Origin: Treponema sp.
GTDB taxonomy: Bacteria; Spirochaetota; Spirochaetia; Treponematales; Treponemataceae
DNA length: 49,128 nucleotides
Assembly (NCBI GenBank): GCA_045643485.1
Contig: JAZUKU010000178.1
Location: 1 to 49,128, forward strand
Reading direction: 5' to 3'
Positions 18,755 to 27,660 of this stretch are shown piece by piece. The translations under genes were made by a program, and so were the position numbers. The notes under the pieces were generated by a model. That model had not been told where the DNA came from. It made no database searches and saw only the letters and a program-made list of their open reading frames with translations. The number at the start of each line of letters is the position of its first letter. Within the stretch, counting starts at the first letter, position 1.

Positions 18755-18781
18755 TTATCGGAAGGATAATTGAGAAGCTTA
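18755..18781 (-). promoter_or_regulatory. Sigma28-like promoter for the membrane protein-nif3-lspA operon
   Basis: Minus strand TAAG-N15-TCCGATAA (consensus TAAA-N15-GCCGATAA). Confidence 0.45.
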
Positions 18782-20295
18782 TGGCACAGGACTCCAGAAT
18801 TTCGGTTGATTCCGAAAAGATTAAAACAGCTATAAATGCCGGCATCCCGTTGACTGTTACTACTTATACTCTGCCTCATGAAATGGAATGCTATATGCAG
18901 GATGTCCTTGTTGAATTCCTTAACCAGCTGAATCAATCACAATTCGTAGATTACCTCACATACAGTCTTGATGAACTTATAAGCAATGCCAAAAAAGCAA
19001 ACATGAAGCGTGCTTTTTTCCGTCAGCATAACCTTAATATTGAAAGTACCCGCGATTATGAACTGGGTATGCAGAAGTTCAAGAAAGAAACCCTTAAGAA
19101 TTTAAAGTATTACCTTTATATGCTTAAGGAAAAGAAGCTTTATGTAAAACTTATTCTTCAGACGCGCAAAAATAAAATCAAAATTGAAGTAAGGAACAAT
19201 TCCATCCTTACTTATCCTGAATACAAGAGAATACACGACAAGCTTAACAGGGCACAGCAGTATACTTCTGTTGATGAAGTCGTAAACAATGTTCTTGATG
19301 AGACAGAAGGTGCCGGACTTGGCCTTATAATCATGATTCTTATGCTCGAAAAAATAGGGCTTACGGAAGAAAATTATCAGGTTGTCTGTGAAAACGGTGA
19401 AACAATTACAAGGCTTATTCTTCCGTTTAACGAAAAGAAGCGCCGTGAAATATCTTTGTTCTCAGAAGAATTCATTAAGAATGTAGTAAACCTGCCGCCT
19501 TTCTCTCCTGACATTCTAAGGGTAACAAAGCTTTTGAATGATCCGGATGTAAGGCTTAATGAAATAAATTTACAGATTGCACAGGATGCCGTTCTTCTTG
19601 GCGAACTGCTTAAGATGATAAACAATACTTCCGTTGCATTCAACAAACCCTGCCGTTCTTTTGAAGAAGCAGTTAATGTTCTTGGAATACGTTCTGTTAG
19701 AAACATGCTTTATTCAATTGGAGCATTGAAGATTCTTAATACGCTCGATTCATTCAGACAGGATGATGTGCTTTGGGAACATTCAAACAGGGTTGCTTTC
19801 TATGCATATAACCTTGCCCGTAATTTCTGTAAGCCAAATGAGAAGGCTGTTCTTGATGACAGTTATCTTTGCGGACTTCTGCATGATGTTGGTAAAGTAA
19901 TTTTTGACAGCGAAAAGAATGTTCTTATAGAAAAGATGCAGAAGGAATTTGAAAACAAAGGCTATTCTGCAGATACTTACGAAAAGCTTACTGCCGGCGT
20001 TAATCACGGTGAACTTGGAGCACTTATTACTGACCGCTGGAGATTCCCTGTTTCAATTACGGAAGCAATAAGAAGTCATCATTATCCTGAAGAAGCTTCT
20101 GAAAATAACAAAAAGCTTACTGCAATCATAAATCTTGCAGACATGATGGCTCATTACAATGACCACTCTGTTGATTTCTATCAGTTTGATGATTCAATTC
20201 TTGAAATGTTCAACATTACTTCTGAGTCACAGATTAAGAATATGACTGAAAAAATGGAATACGCTTTTAAGGAAAAGCGAAAGTCTCAGAATTAA
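18781..20295 (+). CDS. HDOD domain protein with N-terminal HATPase-like domain
   Basis: N-terminal DELISNAKKAN and GAGLGL boxes; C-terminal LPPFS..., LWEHS, GLLHDVGK, HGELG..W.FP and HH motifs. Confidence 0.85.
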   Translation: MAQDSRISVDSEKIKTAINAGIPLTVTTYTLPHEMECYMQDVLVEFLNQLNQSQFVDYLTYSLDELISNAKKANMKRAFFRQHNLNIESTRDYELGMQKFKKETLKNLKYYLYMLKEKKLYVKLILQTRKNKIKIEVRNNSILTYPEYKRIHDKLNRAQQYTSVDEVVNNVLDETEGAGLGLIIMILMLEKIGLTEENYQVVCENGETITRLILPFNEKKRREISLFSEEFIKNVVNLPPFSPDILRVTKLLNDPDVRLNEINLQIAQDAVLLGELLKMINNTSVAFNKPCRSFEEAVNVLGIRSVRNMLYSIGALKILNTLDSFRQDDVLWEHSNRVAFYAYNLARNFCKPNEKAVLDDSYLCGLLHDVGKVIFDSEKNVLIEKMQKEFENKGYSADTYEKLTAGVNHGELGALITDRWRFPVSITEAIRSHHYPEEASENNKKLTAIINLADMMAHYNDHSVDFYQFDDSILEMFNITSESQIKNMTEKMEYAFKEKRKSQN

Positions 20296-21116
20296 CAGCT
20301 GCCTTCTTTTGTTAAGGCTTCAACCCATGCCTGCATTAAAATTCCAAAAGCTACACCTACGTTAAGAGATGCCTTCAGTCCAGTCATTGGAATTGTTACG
20401 CGTCCGTAATCTGCACGCTTTAATGCTTCGGGACTTACACCCAATTCTTCTGAGCCTATTATTACTATTCCTTCTTTTGGGAATTTGAATTCCTGTAACG
20501 GTGTACCGCCTGTTTCCAGAACAAATACGGGTTTGTCTTCTGGCAGTTCGTCGAGGGAGCATCTTGTCCAGCCCATTGTCTCTATGCAGCCCATGCCGCT
20601 TCTTATTGCGTGGCTTTGTGCAGGATCAGTGCAGTTGTTTGAAATATAGACTTTATCGCAGCCCATTGCTTCTGCCGTTCGGAATATGCTTCCTACGTTA
20701 AACGGTGAGCGTATGTCTTCTGCATACACGCATACTCCGGGAAAGAACTTCCTCTGTTCTACTGTAAGCTTTTCCTGTGCGTGCGGGGCAATTACTAAAT
20801 CCCACTCTGCAGGGAAAGTGCCTATTAATGCAAGAAGTGCGTTTCTTGCTGCGTTGCATGTGCGGCGCTCATCAAACTGCGGTTCTGCAAGAAGTGCTTC
20901 GAGTTCAGCTTTTGCTTCCGGCGGTAACTTTGGGTCTTCGAGTACAATTCTTGTTACGGCTTTTGTGTAGTCGGCGCGGCTCATCTGCGTAAAGTTGTAT
21001 GCTGTTCCTTTTTCGGAAATGCCTGCTATGTCGCGTTCGAGTTCGCCAAATGTTAAGGCAAGCTTTCTTCTTTTCTGGCCTGCCTTCAGCTGATAGAGTT
21101 TATTTGGTTCAATCAT
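20292..21116 (-). CDS. TrmH/SpoU family RNA methyltransferase
   Basis: IRSPFNVGSIFRTA, IGSEELG and IPMTGLKASLNV motifs. Confidence 0.9.
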   Translation of the reverse strand: MIEPNKLYQLKAGQKRRKLALTFGELERDIAGISEKGTAYNFTQMSRADYTKAVTRIVLEDPKLPPEAKAELEALLAEPQFDERRTCNAARNALLALIGTFPAEWDLVIAPHAQEKLTVEQRKFFPGVCVYAEDIRSPFNVGSIFRTAEAMGCDKVYISNNCTDPAQSHAIRSGMGCIETMGWTRCSLDELPEDKPVFVLETGGTPLQEFKFPKEGIVIIGSEELGVSPEALKRADYGRVTIPMTGLKASLNVGVAFGILMQAWVEALTKEGSC

Positions 21117-21140
21117 TTTGTCTGCGGTAAATTAATTTGA

Positions 21141-22289
21141 TTAGAATGCCTGCTTGAGCAAATCGAACAAATCATCTGCTGTCATGCTGCGTGGAAGTGC
21201 GTTCATTATTTCAAGATGACCTGCATCTTCTGCAACCATTGCAAGCTGTTCCATTGTTACCGAAAGTTCCTTTAAGCGTGTAGGAAGGTTTGCCTTTGCA
21301 AGATGCTGTCTTACGTATTCGATAAGTGCAGAAACTGCTGCCGGATCTTCTGCTTCTTCAGGACATGCCCTTAAGATGCGTGAAATCTTAGCAAGTCTGT
21401 CTGTACGGAATTTTGCGGCGTCTTCAATAATATATGGGAAAAGAATTGCAGTAGTAAGTGAGCGCGAAATGTTGTAGCGTGCGTTAATGCAGAGAGAAAG
21501 CATGCTTGCTACACCAAGTGAGCTTGAAGCTATTGCAAGAGAAGCCATACAACCGCCCTGGCTCAAGAGTATTTCCTGTGGTGTAACAACTGTAAGCGTT
21601 GGGCTTCCGTCCATTGCGTAACTTAAAAGCTGAACTGACTTTTCTACAAGCATGTCGCTGAAGAAAGATGCCTTCTGGCTTAAATAAGCTTCTATTGCAA
21701 GACAAAGTGTTTCAATTGACATTGAAGAAATCTGGTTTTCGGTAAGAGTTACTGAAAGGTTAGGGTCAAACAGCGCAAGCTTGCACAAACCGTTCTGAAT
21801 CTTCAGCAGCTTTACCTGAGAAGAGCGTGAATCTACGATTGGTGTTCTGTCTGTAAAGAGGGAAGCGTCACGCATTGTTGTAGGAACACAGATTAACGGA
21901 ATTGCACCTGTTGTAGGAAGAGCACCGTCTACATATGTATAGATGTCATGAGCTTCATTGTAAAGTGCACAAACGGCTCTTGCAACATTAAGTACCTTTG
22001 CACCGCCTACAGCTATAACTCCGTGAATATGGGCTTCTTTTGCAAGATTAAGCGCATTTGTAATTGCAGTTGTATCTGCAGTAGAATTTACTTCGTCAAA
22101 TGTAAAGAATTCGATTTTATGGTTCGTAAGAGACTGCTGGATTTTTTCAGCAGCACCAACTTCCTTAAGAATAGGGTCCATTATTACCATGAATCTTGAA
22201 CCGTAGTCGTGTGCGTACTGACCAAGACGGCTTGTTGTATAAGAACCAAGAATGATATTCGGCTGAATCTTAAAAATAAAGTCTCCCAT
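21141..22289 (-). CDS. Iron-containing alcohol dehydrogenase-fold protein with degenerate metal site
   Basis: Fe-ADH fold motifs (IAVGG, VPTT, FDPNL, AIEAY, LPTRL) present, but the canonical D/H/H/H metal ligands are substituted. Confidence 0.8.
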   Translation of the reverse strand: MGDFIFKIQPNIILGSYTTSRLGQYAHDYGSRFMVIMDPILKEVGAAEKIQQSLTNHKIEFFTFDEVNSTADTTAITNALNLAKEAHIHGVIAVGGAKVLNVARAVCALYNEAHDIYTYVDGALPTTGAIPLICVPTTMRDASLFTDRTPIVDSRSSQVKLLKIQNGLCKLALFDPNLSVTLTENQISSMSIETLCLAIEAYLSQKASFFSDMLVEKSVQLLSYAMDGSPTLTVVTPQEILLSQGGCMASLAIASSSLGVASMLSLCINARYNISRSLTTAILFPYIIEDAAKFRTDRLAKISRILRACPEEAEDPAAVSALIEYVRQHLAKANLPTRLKELSVTMEQLAMVAEDAGHLEIMNALPRSMTADDLFDLLKQAF

Positions 22290-22337
22290 GATTTACTCCG
22301 TTTGTTTTATAAATTCCCTGTTTTTTACGTTTTTTGT

Positions 22338-22395
22338 GAAAAAAAAAGACGGGTTTGCGTGAATACCTAAGGATATCCACCATTCTCCCGTCTTA
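22338..22395 (-). terminator. Possible terminator after flgM
   Basis: AAGACGGG...CCCGTCTT stem with a large structured loop and an A run on the left. Confidence 0.4.
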
Positions 22396-22419
22396 TTTAT
22401 TTCGTTTGTTTACAAAAAA

Positions 22420-22707
22420 TTACAAGCCGTATGCCGATAAAATGCGGTCAGCTGTTGCGCTGATAACTGCATCGTTAAGGTAATTTGGATCCTGTATCTT
22501 CTGTTTAATCTGTTCAACAAGTTCAGAACGTACTTCTGGTGTTTCTTCTGCTACCTTGCTGAGATAATAGGCATCAGCCATAGCTTTTGCTTCTTCAGAC
22601 ACGCTGATTGAATCAGGAGTAGATTTTACATTTTCTGAAGCAGATGTGCGTTTTGTGTTCTGCACATTGTTTAACGGATTTACACCTGAAATTTTGTCTA
22701 TCATCAT
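22420..22707 (-). CDS. flgM: Anti-sigma28 factor FlgM
   Basis: 95 aa with DSISVSEEAK, VRSELVEQIKQKI..PNY and A..IL pattern; sigma28 promoter directly upstream. Confidence 0.85.
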   Translation of the reverse strand: MMIDKISGVNPLNNVQNTKRTSASENVKSTPDSISVSEEAKAMADAYYLSKVAEETPEVRSELVEQIKQKIQDPNYLNDAVISATADRILSAYGL

Positions 22708-22722
22708 ACTTTACCTCTATAA

Positions 22723-23430
22723 TTAATTATCGGTATCTTCTTCCGAAAGTTTAACACTTTTTGTGCCAGAAATAAAGACGGCAAATTCACCTAAAACCTT
22801 ACTTCTTGCAGCATAATCGTCGCGGACATTGGCTGCCGTATCATCTGTAATTTCTTCGTGAAGTTTTGTCATTTCACGGCCAACTACAACACGGCGGTTA
22901 CTGTCTATATCGGCAATATCCGTCAAAAGCTTAACAATTCTGAACGGACTTTCGTAAATAATTATGGCATCTCCTGTTGCCATAAGCTCACGAAGGCGGC
23001 TTCTTCTTCTTCCGGGCTTTGGTGACAGAAATCCTTCGAAAATAAGGGTTTTTCCACCTGCTCCGGCTACACTTGCCAGTGTTGCAAATGCGCTTGGTCC
23101 TGGAATCGGCACTACTGTATGACCTGCATTTCTTGCCAAACCGGCTAAAATTGCGCCAGGATCGCTTATTCCCGGGGTTCCTGCGTCACTTGCATAAGCA
23201 ACTGTCTGTCCGTCATTAAGCAGACCTATGATTTTTTCTGATGCAAAGGACTCATTCTGGGCCCTGCAGCTTATCAAAGGCTTGCGTATGTCAAAATGCG
23301 TCAAAAGCTCTAATGTATGGCGGGTATCTTCTGCGGCTATGACATCTACTGATTTAAATGTTTCCAGTGCACGAAAAGTAATATCACCTAAATTCCCTAT
23401 TGGGGTTCCTACAATATATAGCGTTGACAC
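22723..23430 (-). CDS. rsmI: 16S rRNA (cytidine1402-2'-O)-methyltransferase
   Basis: LYIVGTPIGNLGDIT, AEDTR, SDAGTPGISDPG, YESPFR and REMTKLHEE motifs; GTG start. Confidence 0.95.
   Translation of the reverse strand: MSTLYIVGTPIGNLGDITFRALETFKSVDVIAAEDTRHTLELLTHFDIRKPLISCRAQNESFASEKIIGLLNDGQTVAYASDAGTPGISDPGAILAGLARNAGHTVVPIPGPSAFATLASVAGAGGKTLIFEGFLSPKPGRRRSRLRELMATGDAIIIYESPFRIVKLLTDIADIDSNRRVVVGREMTKLHEEITDDTAANVRDDYAARSKVLGEFAVFISGTKSVKLSEEDTDN
22727..22753 (-). promoter_or_regulatory. Sigma28 promoter of flgM, embedded in the last codons of rsmI
   Basis: Minus strand TAAA-N15-ACCGATAA, 20 nt upstream of the flgM start. Confidence 0.75.
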
Positions 23431-23500
23431 AAATAAATTATACCTTTTTAACGCTAATTTTACAAGGATAAACTATTTTTACTGCTTAAAGTTTTTTTCC

Positions 23501-23527
23501 TAAGATTAATTTTTTATTTTCCGATAA
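23501..23527 (+). promoter_or_regulatory. Sigma28-like promoter upstream of ftsK
   Basis: TAAG-N15-TCCGATAA, 40 nt before the ATG. Confidence 0.45.
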
Positions 23528-23567
23528 TAAATTGAATATCCGAGACTTTTTTTGAGGGGATAAGGAA

Positions 23568-26500
23568 ATGAAAAAAGAAGAAAAAATTGCTCCTGTAATT
23601 ACGGGTTTTATTCTTTATATACTGGCTGCTTTTGTTTCAGTAGGTTTACTGACGCAGCTTCCTTCGCTTGGAAACGAAAATGCCGGTGGGCTGGGCTTCC
23701 TTGCTTCTTTTGCACGTATTCTTGTAAATGCATACGGTTTTTCAAGCATATTGATTCCAGTATTTTTACTTGTTGCCGGAACTCTTTGTTTTCTTGATAA
23801 ATGGAACAGACAGAAGGCTTATTGTCTGCTTATAAGCGTTATTCCTTTCTTTACATTTGTTCTTGCTGAACGTATCTGCAGAAATTCTGTTGCTTATGAT
23901 GCTGGTATTGTTGTTTATGTAAAGACTGCTTCAATAATTCTTATTACTGTAGTTATTGTTATTGTTGAATATCTTGTTACTTCTATTCTTGCAGGAAAGG
24001 CAGAAAAATTAATTGAAGAAAAGAACTCTGCAGAAGAAGAATCTGAAAGCAGCAGATGGTCTTTTTCTAAGCTTATGAAATCTTCTGACAGGAATAATGA
24101 AAAAAAGAAAGACGAAGATGATGATGACGAATATGCTTCTGAATCTGATCCTGAAGAAGATGAAGAAATAAACAGAGCTGTTGATGAAAGCGTTAACCAG
24201 GCTTTAAGTTCAGACTGGACTCTTAAAGAACTTCTTGAAAGAAAAAAGAAGGAAAATGGAATTGGTACTTCAGCAGAAAATACATCTTTAGAAACTGATG
24301 CTGTTGAAGCAACTGTAGAAGAAGCAGAAGAATCTGAAGAAGCTGAAGAAGCAGAAGCTGAACAGACATCACAGGATGAGCCGGAAAAATCAGAAGAAAC
24401 TGTTATTGTTTTAAGCAGCGATGACAGCGAAAAAGAAACTGATGAAATTGATGTAAATTCTGATCCGTGGAATATAAGCGGAAACGGCGAAAGAATTAAA
24501 TGCATTGGAAAAGTAATTAAGCCTTCAAGAAAAAATGCAGGCGATGAATATACAGTTGATACTTCAAATGTAAGTTTCAGTGATATCAAAAAAGATGATG
24601 CTCCGGAAGCAGCAGAATCTTCTGAATCAGTAACTCCTGAAGCAGAAGCAGCTCCTGTTGAAAAAGCAGGTGAAAAAATAAATGCCTTGACTGGAACGAA
24701 AGATGAAATAAACACAGAAGCTTTATCTGACATAATGAATGATTTTGCTGAAGACAGTAATTTTGTTCAGGAAGATGATCCGGCCGGGCTTGTAGAAAAT
24801 GATATTTTCGAAATGAAGGAAGATTCTTCTGATATAGCTGATGAAGAAGATGATTTTACTGAAGAAGATATGCCGTCTGAGGAAGATGTATATTTTCCTG
24901 AAGAAGACGAAATAATTACTGAAGAAGATGAAGGCATTCCAGAAGAAGAAGCTCCTGTTACAGAAGATGAAACAAATCCTTCTGACAAAGATTCTGACGA
25001 TATTTTTGGAGACGATCCATTTTCCGTTTTTGATGAAATAGACGAATCTGTAACGGAAAAAAAAACTGACATTAAAAAACAGGAACCTGTAGTTTCTGAA
25101 AAAACTCCTGTTGAAGAAAAAAAAACTGAAGAAAAGCCACGGTCTCTGATTTCTTCATTAGACAGCGTTTTTGCCAAAATGGATGAAGACGCAATGGCAG
25201 AAGTAAATTCTGCTGAAAAAAAAGATGCTGCTTCAAGTGAAAATAATGATGCAATAAAAACATCTGTTCCTGTTTCATCAGTGTCATCATTAATGGAAAA
25301 ATCGAATAGCCTTACGGCAAAAGCAAATGAAGCGGCTGCAAAAAAAGCTGCTGCTGCAAAACCGGCCAGAAAAATTAAGCGTGGTGTTTATAAAATTCCT
25401 TACGACTTACTGACAGAGTATACAGAAAATCCTTACTGGATTATTGATGAAGCAACAAATATAGCTGCCCAGAATTTAAAGGATACAATGAATGAATTTA
25501 AAATCGAAGCAGAAATTACTGGAATCAAAAAAGGTCCTGTAGTAACAATGTTTGAAATGCTTCCTGCACCTGGTGTTAAGCTTAGCAAAATCGTAGCGCT
25601 TCAGGATAACATTGCACTTCGTCTTGCTGCAAGTTCTGTGCGTATTGTTGCACCAATTCCTGGTAAGCGTGCTGTTGGTATTGAAGTACCTAATGCTAAA
25701 CGCGCTATAGTTTCATTCCGTGAGTGTATTGAACAGAATCGTCCTGAATGGAAGAAGATGGCTGTTCCTGTTGTTTTGGGAAAAGACATTCAGGGTGAAA
25801 CACAGCTTATGGATCTTGTAAAAACTCCGCATCTTCTTATTGCAGGTTCTACTGGTGCCGGTAAATCTGTTTGTGTTAACAGCATGATCTTAAGTATTCT
25901 TTACAAGAGAAGTCCTAATGAAGTAAAGATGATTTTGATTGACCCTAAGATTGTTGAACTTAAGCTTTACAATGATATTCCGCATCTTCTTACTCCAGTA
26001 ATCACTGAATCTAAAAAAGCAATGCAGGCTTTGCAGTACTGTCTTTGTGAAATGGAACGCCGTTATGCTTTACTCGATGGTCTTGGTGTACGTGATATTT
26101 CCAATTACAACAAGCGTATTGAAGAACGCAAAATCTGTACGGAAAAGCTTCCTTACATTGTTGTTATTATAGATGAATTTGCAGACCTTATGGCTACTAC
26201 CGGTAAGGAACTCGAAAGCGTTGTTGCACGTCTTGCTGCAATGAGCCGTGCCGTTGGTATTCATCTTGTTCTTGCAACACAGCGTCCTTCTATTGATGTT
26301 ATTACTGGTCTTATCAAGGCTAACATTCCTAGCCGTATTGCATTCATGGTTGCAAGTAAGACAGACAGCCGCATCATTATTGATCAGGTTGGTGCAGATA
26401 AGCTTTTGGGTAAGGGCGACATGCTTTACGCAAGCGCAACTGATCCTTTCCCAGTCCGCATACAGGGTACTTTCATAAGCGATAATGAAGTTGAATCTGT

Positions 26501-26798
26501 TGTTGAAAGCGTTAAGGAATGGGGTGAACCTGATTACATTGATGACGAAATATTCATTGACGATGAAGATGACGGAGACGGTTCTGTTTCACTGTTCAAT
26601 CCTGGCGGAGAAGATCCGCTTTACGAAAAGGCTCTCGATGTTGTCATTCAGGCTGGAAAGGCTAGTGCTTCCTACATTCAGCGAAGGCTTAAGATTGGTT
26701 ACAATAGGGCTGCGCGTCTTGTGGAAGAGATGGAAGAACGTGGTATTGTTGGGCCGGCTAACGGGTCTAAGCCTCGTGAGATAATACATATGCCTTGA
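23568..26798 (+). CDS. ftsK: DNA translocase FtsK
   Basis: N-terminal TMs, long acidic linker, GSTGAGKS Walker A, IIDEFADLM, ATQRPS, and gamma domain IGYNRAARLVE. Confidence 0.96.
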   Translation: MKKEEKIAPVITGFILYILAAFVSVGLLTQLPSLGNENAGGLGFLASFARILVNAYGFSSILIPVFLLVAGTLCFLDKWNRQKAYCLLISVIPFFTFVLAERICRNSVAYDAGIVVYVKTASIILITVVIVIVEYLVTSILAGKAEKLIEEKNSAEEESESSRWSFSKLMKSSDRNNEKKKDEDDDDEYASESDPEEDEEINRAVDESVNQALSSDWTLKELLERKKKENGIGTSAENTSLETDAVEATVEEAEESEEAEEAEAEQTSQDEPEKSEETVIVLSSDDSEKETDEIDVNSDPWNISGNGERIKCIGKVIKPSRKNAGDEYTVDTSNVSFSDIKKDDAPEAAESSESVTPEAEAAPVEKAGEKINALTGTKDEINTEALSDIMNDFAEDSNFVQEDDPAGLVENDIFEMKEDSSDIADEEDDFTEEDMPSEEDVYFPEEDEIITEEDEGIPEEEAPVTEDETNPSDKDSDDIFGDDPFSVFDEIDESVTEKKTDIKKQEPVVSEKTPVEEKKTEEKPRSLISSLDSVFAKMDEDAMAEVNSAEKKDAASSENNDAIKTSVPVSSVSSLMEKSNSLTAKANEAAAKKAAAAKPARKIKRGVYKIPYDLLTEYTENPYWIIDEATNIAAQNLKDTMNEFKIEAEITGIKKGPVVTMFEMLPAPGVKLSKIVALQDNIALRLAASSVRIVAPIPGKRAVGIEVPNAKRAIVSFRECIEQNRPEWKKMAVPVVLGKDIQGETQLMDLVKTPHLLIAGSTGAGKSVCVNSMILSILYKRSPNEVKMILIDPKIVELKLYNDIPHLLTPVITESKKAMQALQYCLCEMERRYALLDGLGVRDISNYNKRIEERKICTEKLPYIVVIIDEFADLMATTGKELESVVARLAAMSRAVGIHLVLATQRPSIDVITGLIKANIPSRIAFMVASKTDSRIIIDQVGADKLLGKGDMLYASATDPFPVRIQGTFISDNEVESVVESVKEWGEPDYIDDEIFIDDEDDGDGSVSLFNPGGEDPLYEKALDVVIQAGKASASYIQRRLKIGYNRAARLVEEMEERGIVGPANGSKPREIIHMP

Positions 26799-27041
26799 GA
26801 GTGAAAATCCCTCCTTGGATTTTCACTCTCTGGAGTTTCTACGCAGTAGAAACTCCGGCTGTAATTGCAAAGAAAATAACGCGCCATCCTTGGCGCTTTT
26901 TTTATGTCAGGGGAGATTGAATTGCTTAGATTTAAAAAATCCATCCTTGGATTTTGTACCTCTGGAGTTTCTACTTTGTAGAAACTCCCATTTTTTTTGC
27001 TAAGAATATAACGCGCCATCCGTGGCGCTTTTTTTTATGTC
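26797..27041. repeat. Two ~105-bp REP-like units (period ~132 bp), each with three hairpins; the last hairpin can act as a terminator
   Basis: Unit AAAATCC(C/A)TCCTTGGATTTT ... GGAGTTTCTAC-N3-GTAGAAACTCC ... GCGCCATCC(T/G)TGGCGC-T7/8-ATGTC at 26804-26908 and 26936-27041. Confidence 0.85.
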
Positions 27042-27056
27042 GATTTGTGTTTTTGA

Positions 27057-27470
27057 TTAGAAATCGGAGAGGCTGAAGCTTTGTGGGAGTAGCTGGTCTA
27101 GGGTGTATTCTTTGTAATCAGATGGTGATTTTGCGCAGATGATTTTGAAATCTCTGCTGCAGAATTCGCGCATTACCTGACGGCAGACACCACATGGAGT
27201 GCAGTATTCAGTTACGTTGCCTTCGAGGCCACCAACTACGGCTATGGCAGTAAAGTCTTTGTAGCCTTCGCTGACAGCTTTAAAGATTGCAGTTCGTTCT
27301 GCACAGTTGCTTGGACCGTAAGCAGAATTTTCAATGTTGCATCCCGTAAAGATAGTGCCGTCATTGCAGAGAAGTGCTGCTCCTACATGAAAGTGTGAGT
27401 ATGGAACATAAGCCATCTTGAGCATGTCGAATGCCTTGTTTATAAGAAGTTCGTAATTGATGTCTGTCAT
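27057..27470 (-). CDS. cdd: Cytidine deaminase
   Basis: PYSHFHVGAA, GCNIEN, CAERTA and PCGVCRQ motifs; ATG 27470 follows AAGGAG. Confidence 0.95.
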   Translation of the reverse strand: MTDINYELLINKAFDMLKMAYVPYSHFHVGAALLCNDGTIFTGCNIENSAYGPSNCAERTAIFKAVSEGYKDFTAIAVVGGLEGNVTEYCTPCGVCRQVMREFCSRDFKIICAKSPSDYKEYTLDQLLPQSFSLSDF

Positions 27471-27498
27471 TATATTTCTCCTTATATATATTCTATAC

Positions 27499-27526
27499 AA
27501 AAAAAACGCATCCCGAAAGATGCGTT
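27499..27526 (-). terminator. Intrinsic terminator (minus strand)
   Basis: AACGCATC-CCGAAA-GATGCGTT with an A run on the left. Confidence 0.7.
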
Positions 27527-27553
27527 GACGGAAATCAAATAAATCTGTATTAT
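27525..27553 (+). promoter_or_regulatory. Sigma70 promoter of SRP RNA
   Basis: TTGACG-N17-TATTAT, about 10 nt upstream of the RNA 5' stem. Confidence 0.75.
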
Positions 27554-27562
27554 GCTTTTATT

Positions 27563-27657
27563 GGCCAGATGCTTCGCAATGCATCTCTCAAAAACCCGTC
27601 AGAGGGGGAACCCAGCAGCGGTATGAGAACCTTGCATGTGCCGGAGATTATCTGGCC
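27563..27657 (+). ncRNA. ffs: Signal recognition particle (4.5S) RNA
   Basis: Closing stem GGCCAGAT...ATCTGGCC; apical CCGTCAGA-GGG-GGAA-CCC-AGCAGCGG matches SRP domain IV (CAGG-nnn-GNRA-nnn-AGCAG). Confidence 0.85.
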
Positions 27658-27660
27658 TTT

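Noticed and set aside
22413-22440. GCCGATAA on the + strand as a sigma28 promoter antisense to flgM
   Set aside because: No TAAA at 15-nt spacing (AAAA/CAAA only), and the octamer is explained by flgM codons.
23915-25290. Long Ser-rich minus-strand ORFs inside ftsK
   Set aside because: Shadow ORFs produced by the GAA/GAT-rich acidic linker on the coding strand.
26699-27019. 106-aa minus-strand and 62-aa plus-strand ORFs
   Set aside because: They are translations of the palindromic repeat units and overlap the ftsK end; no RBS or protein-like features.
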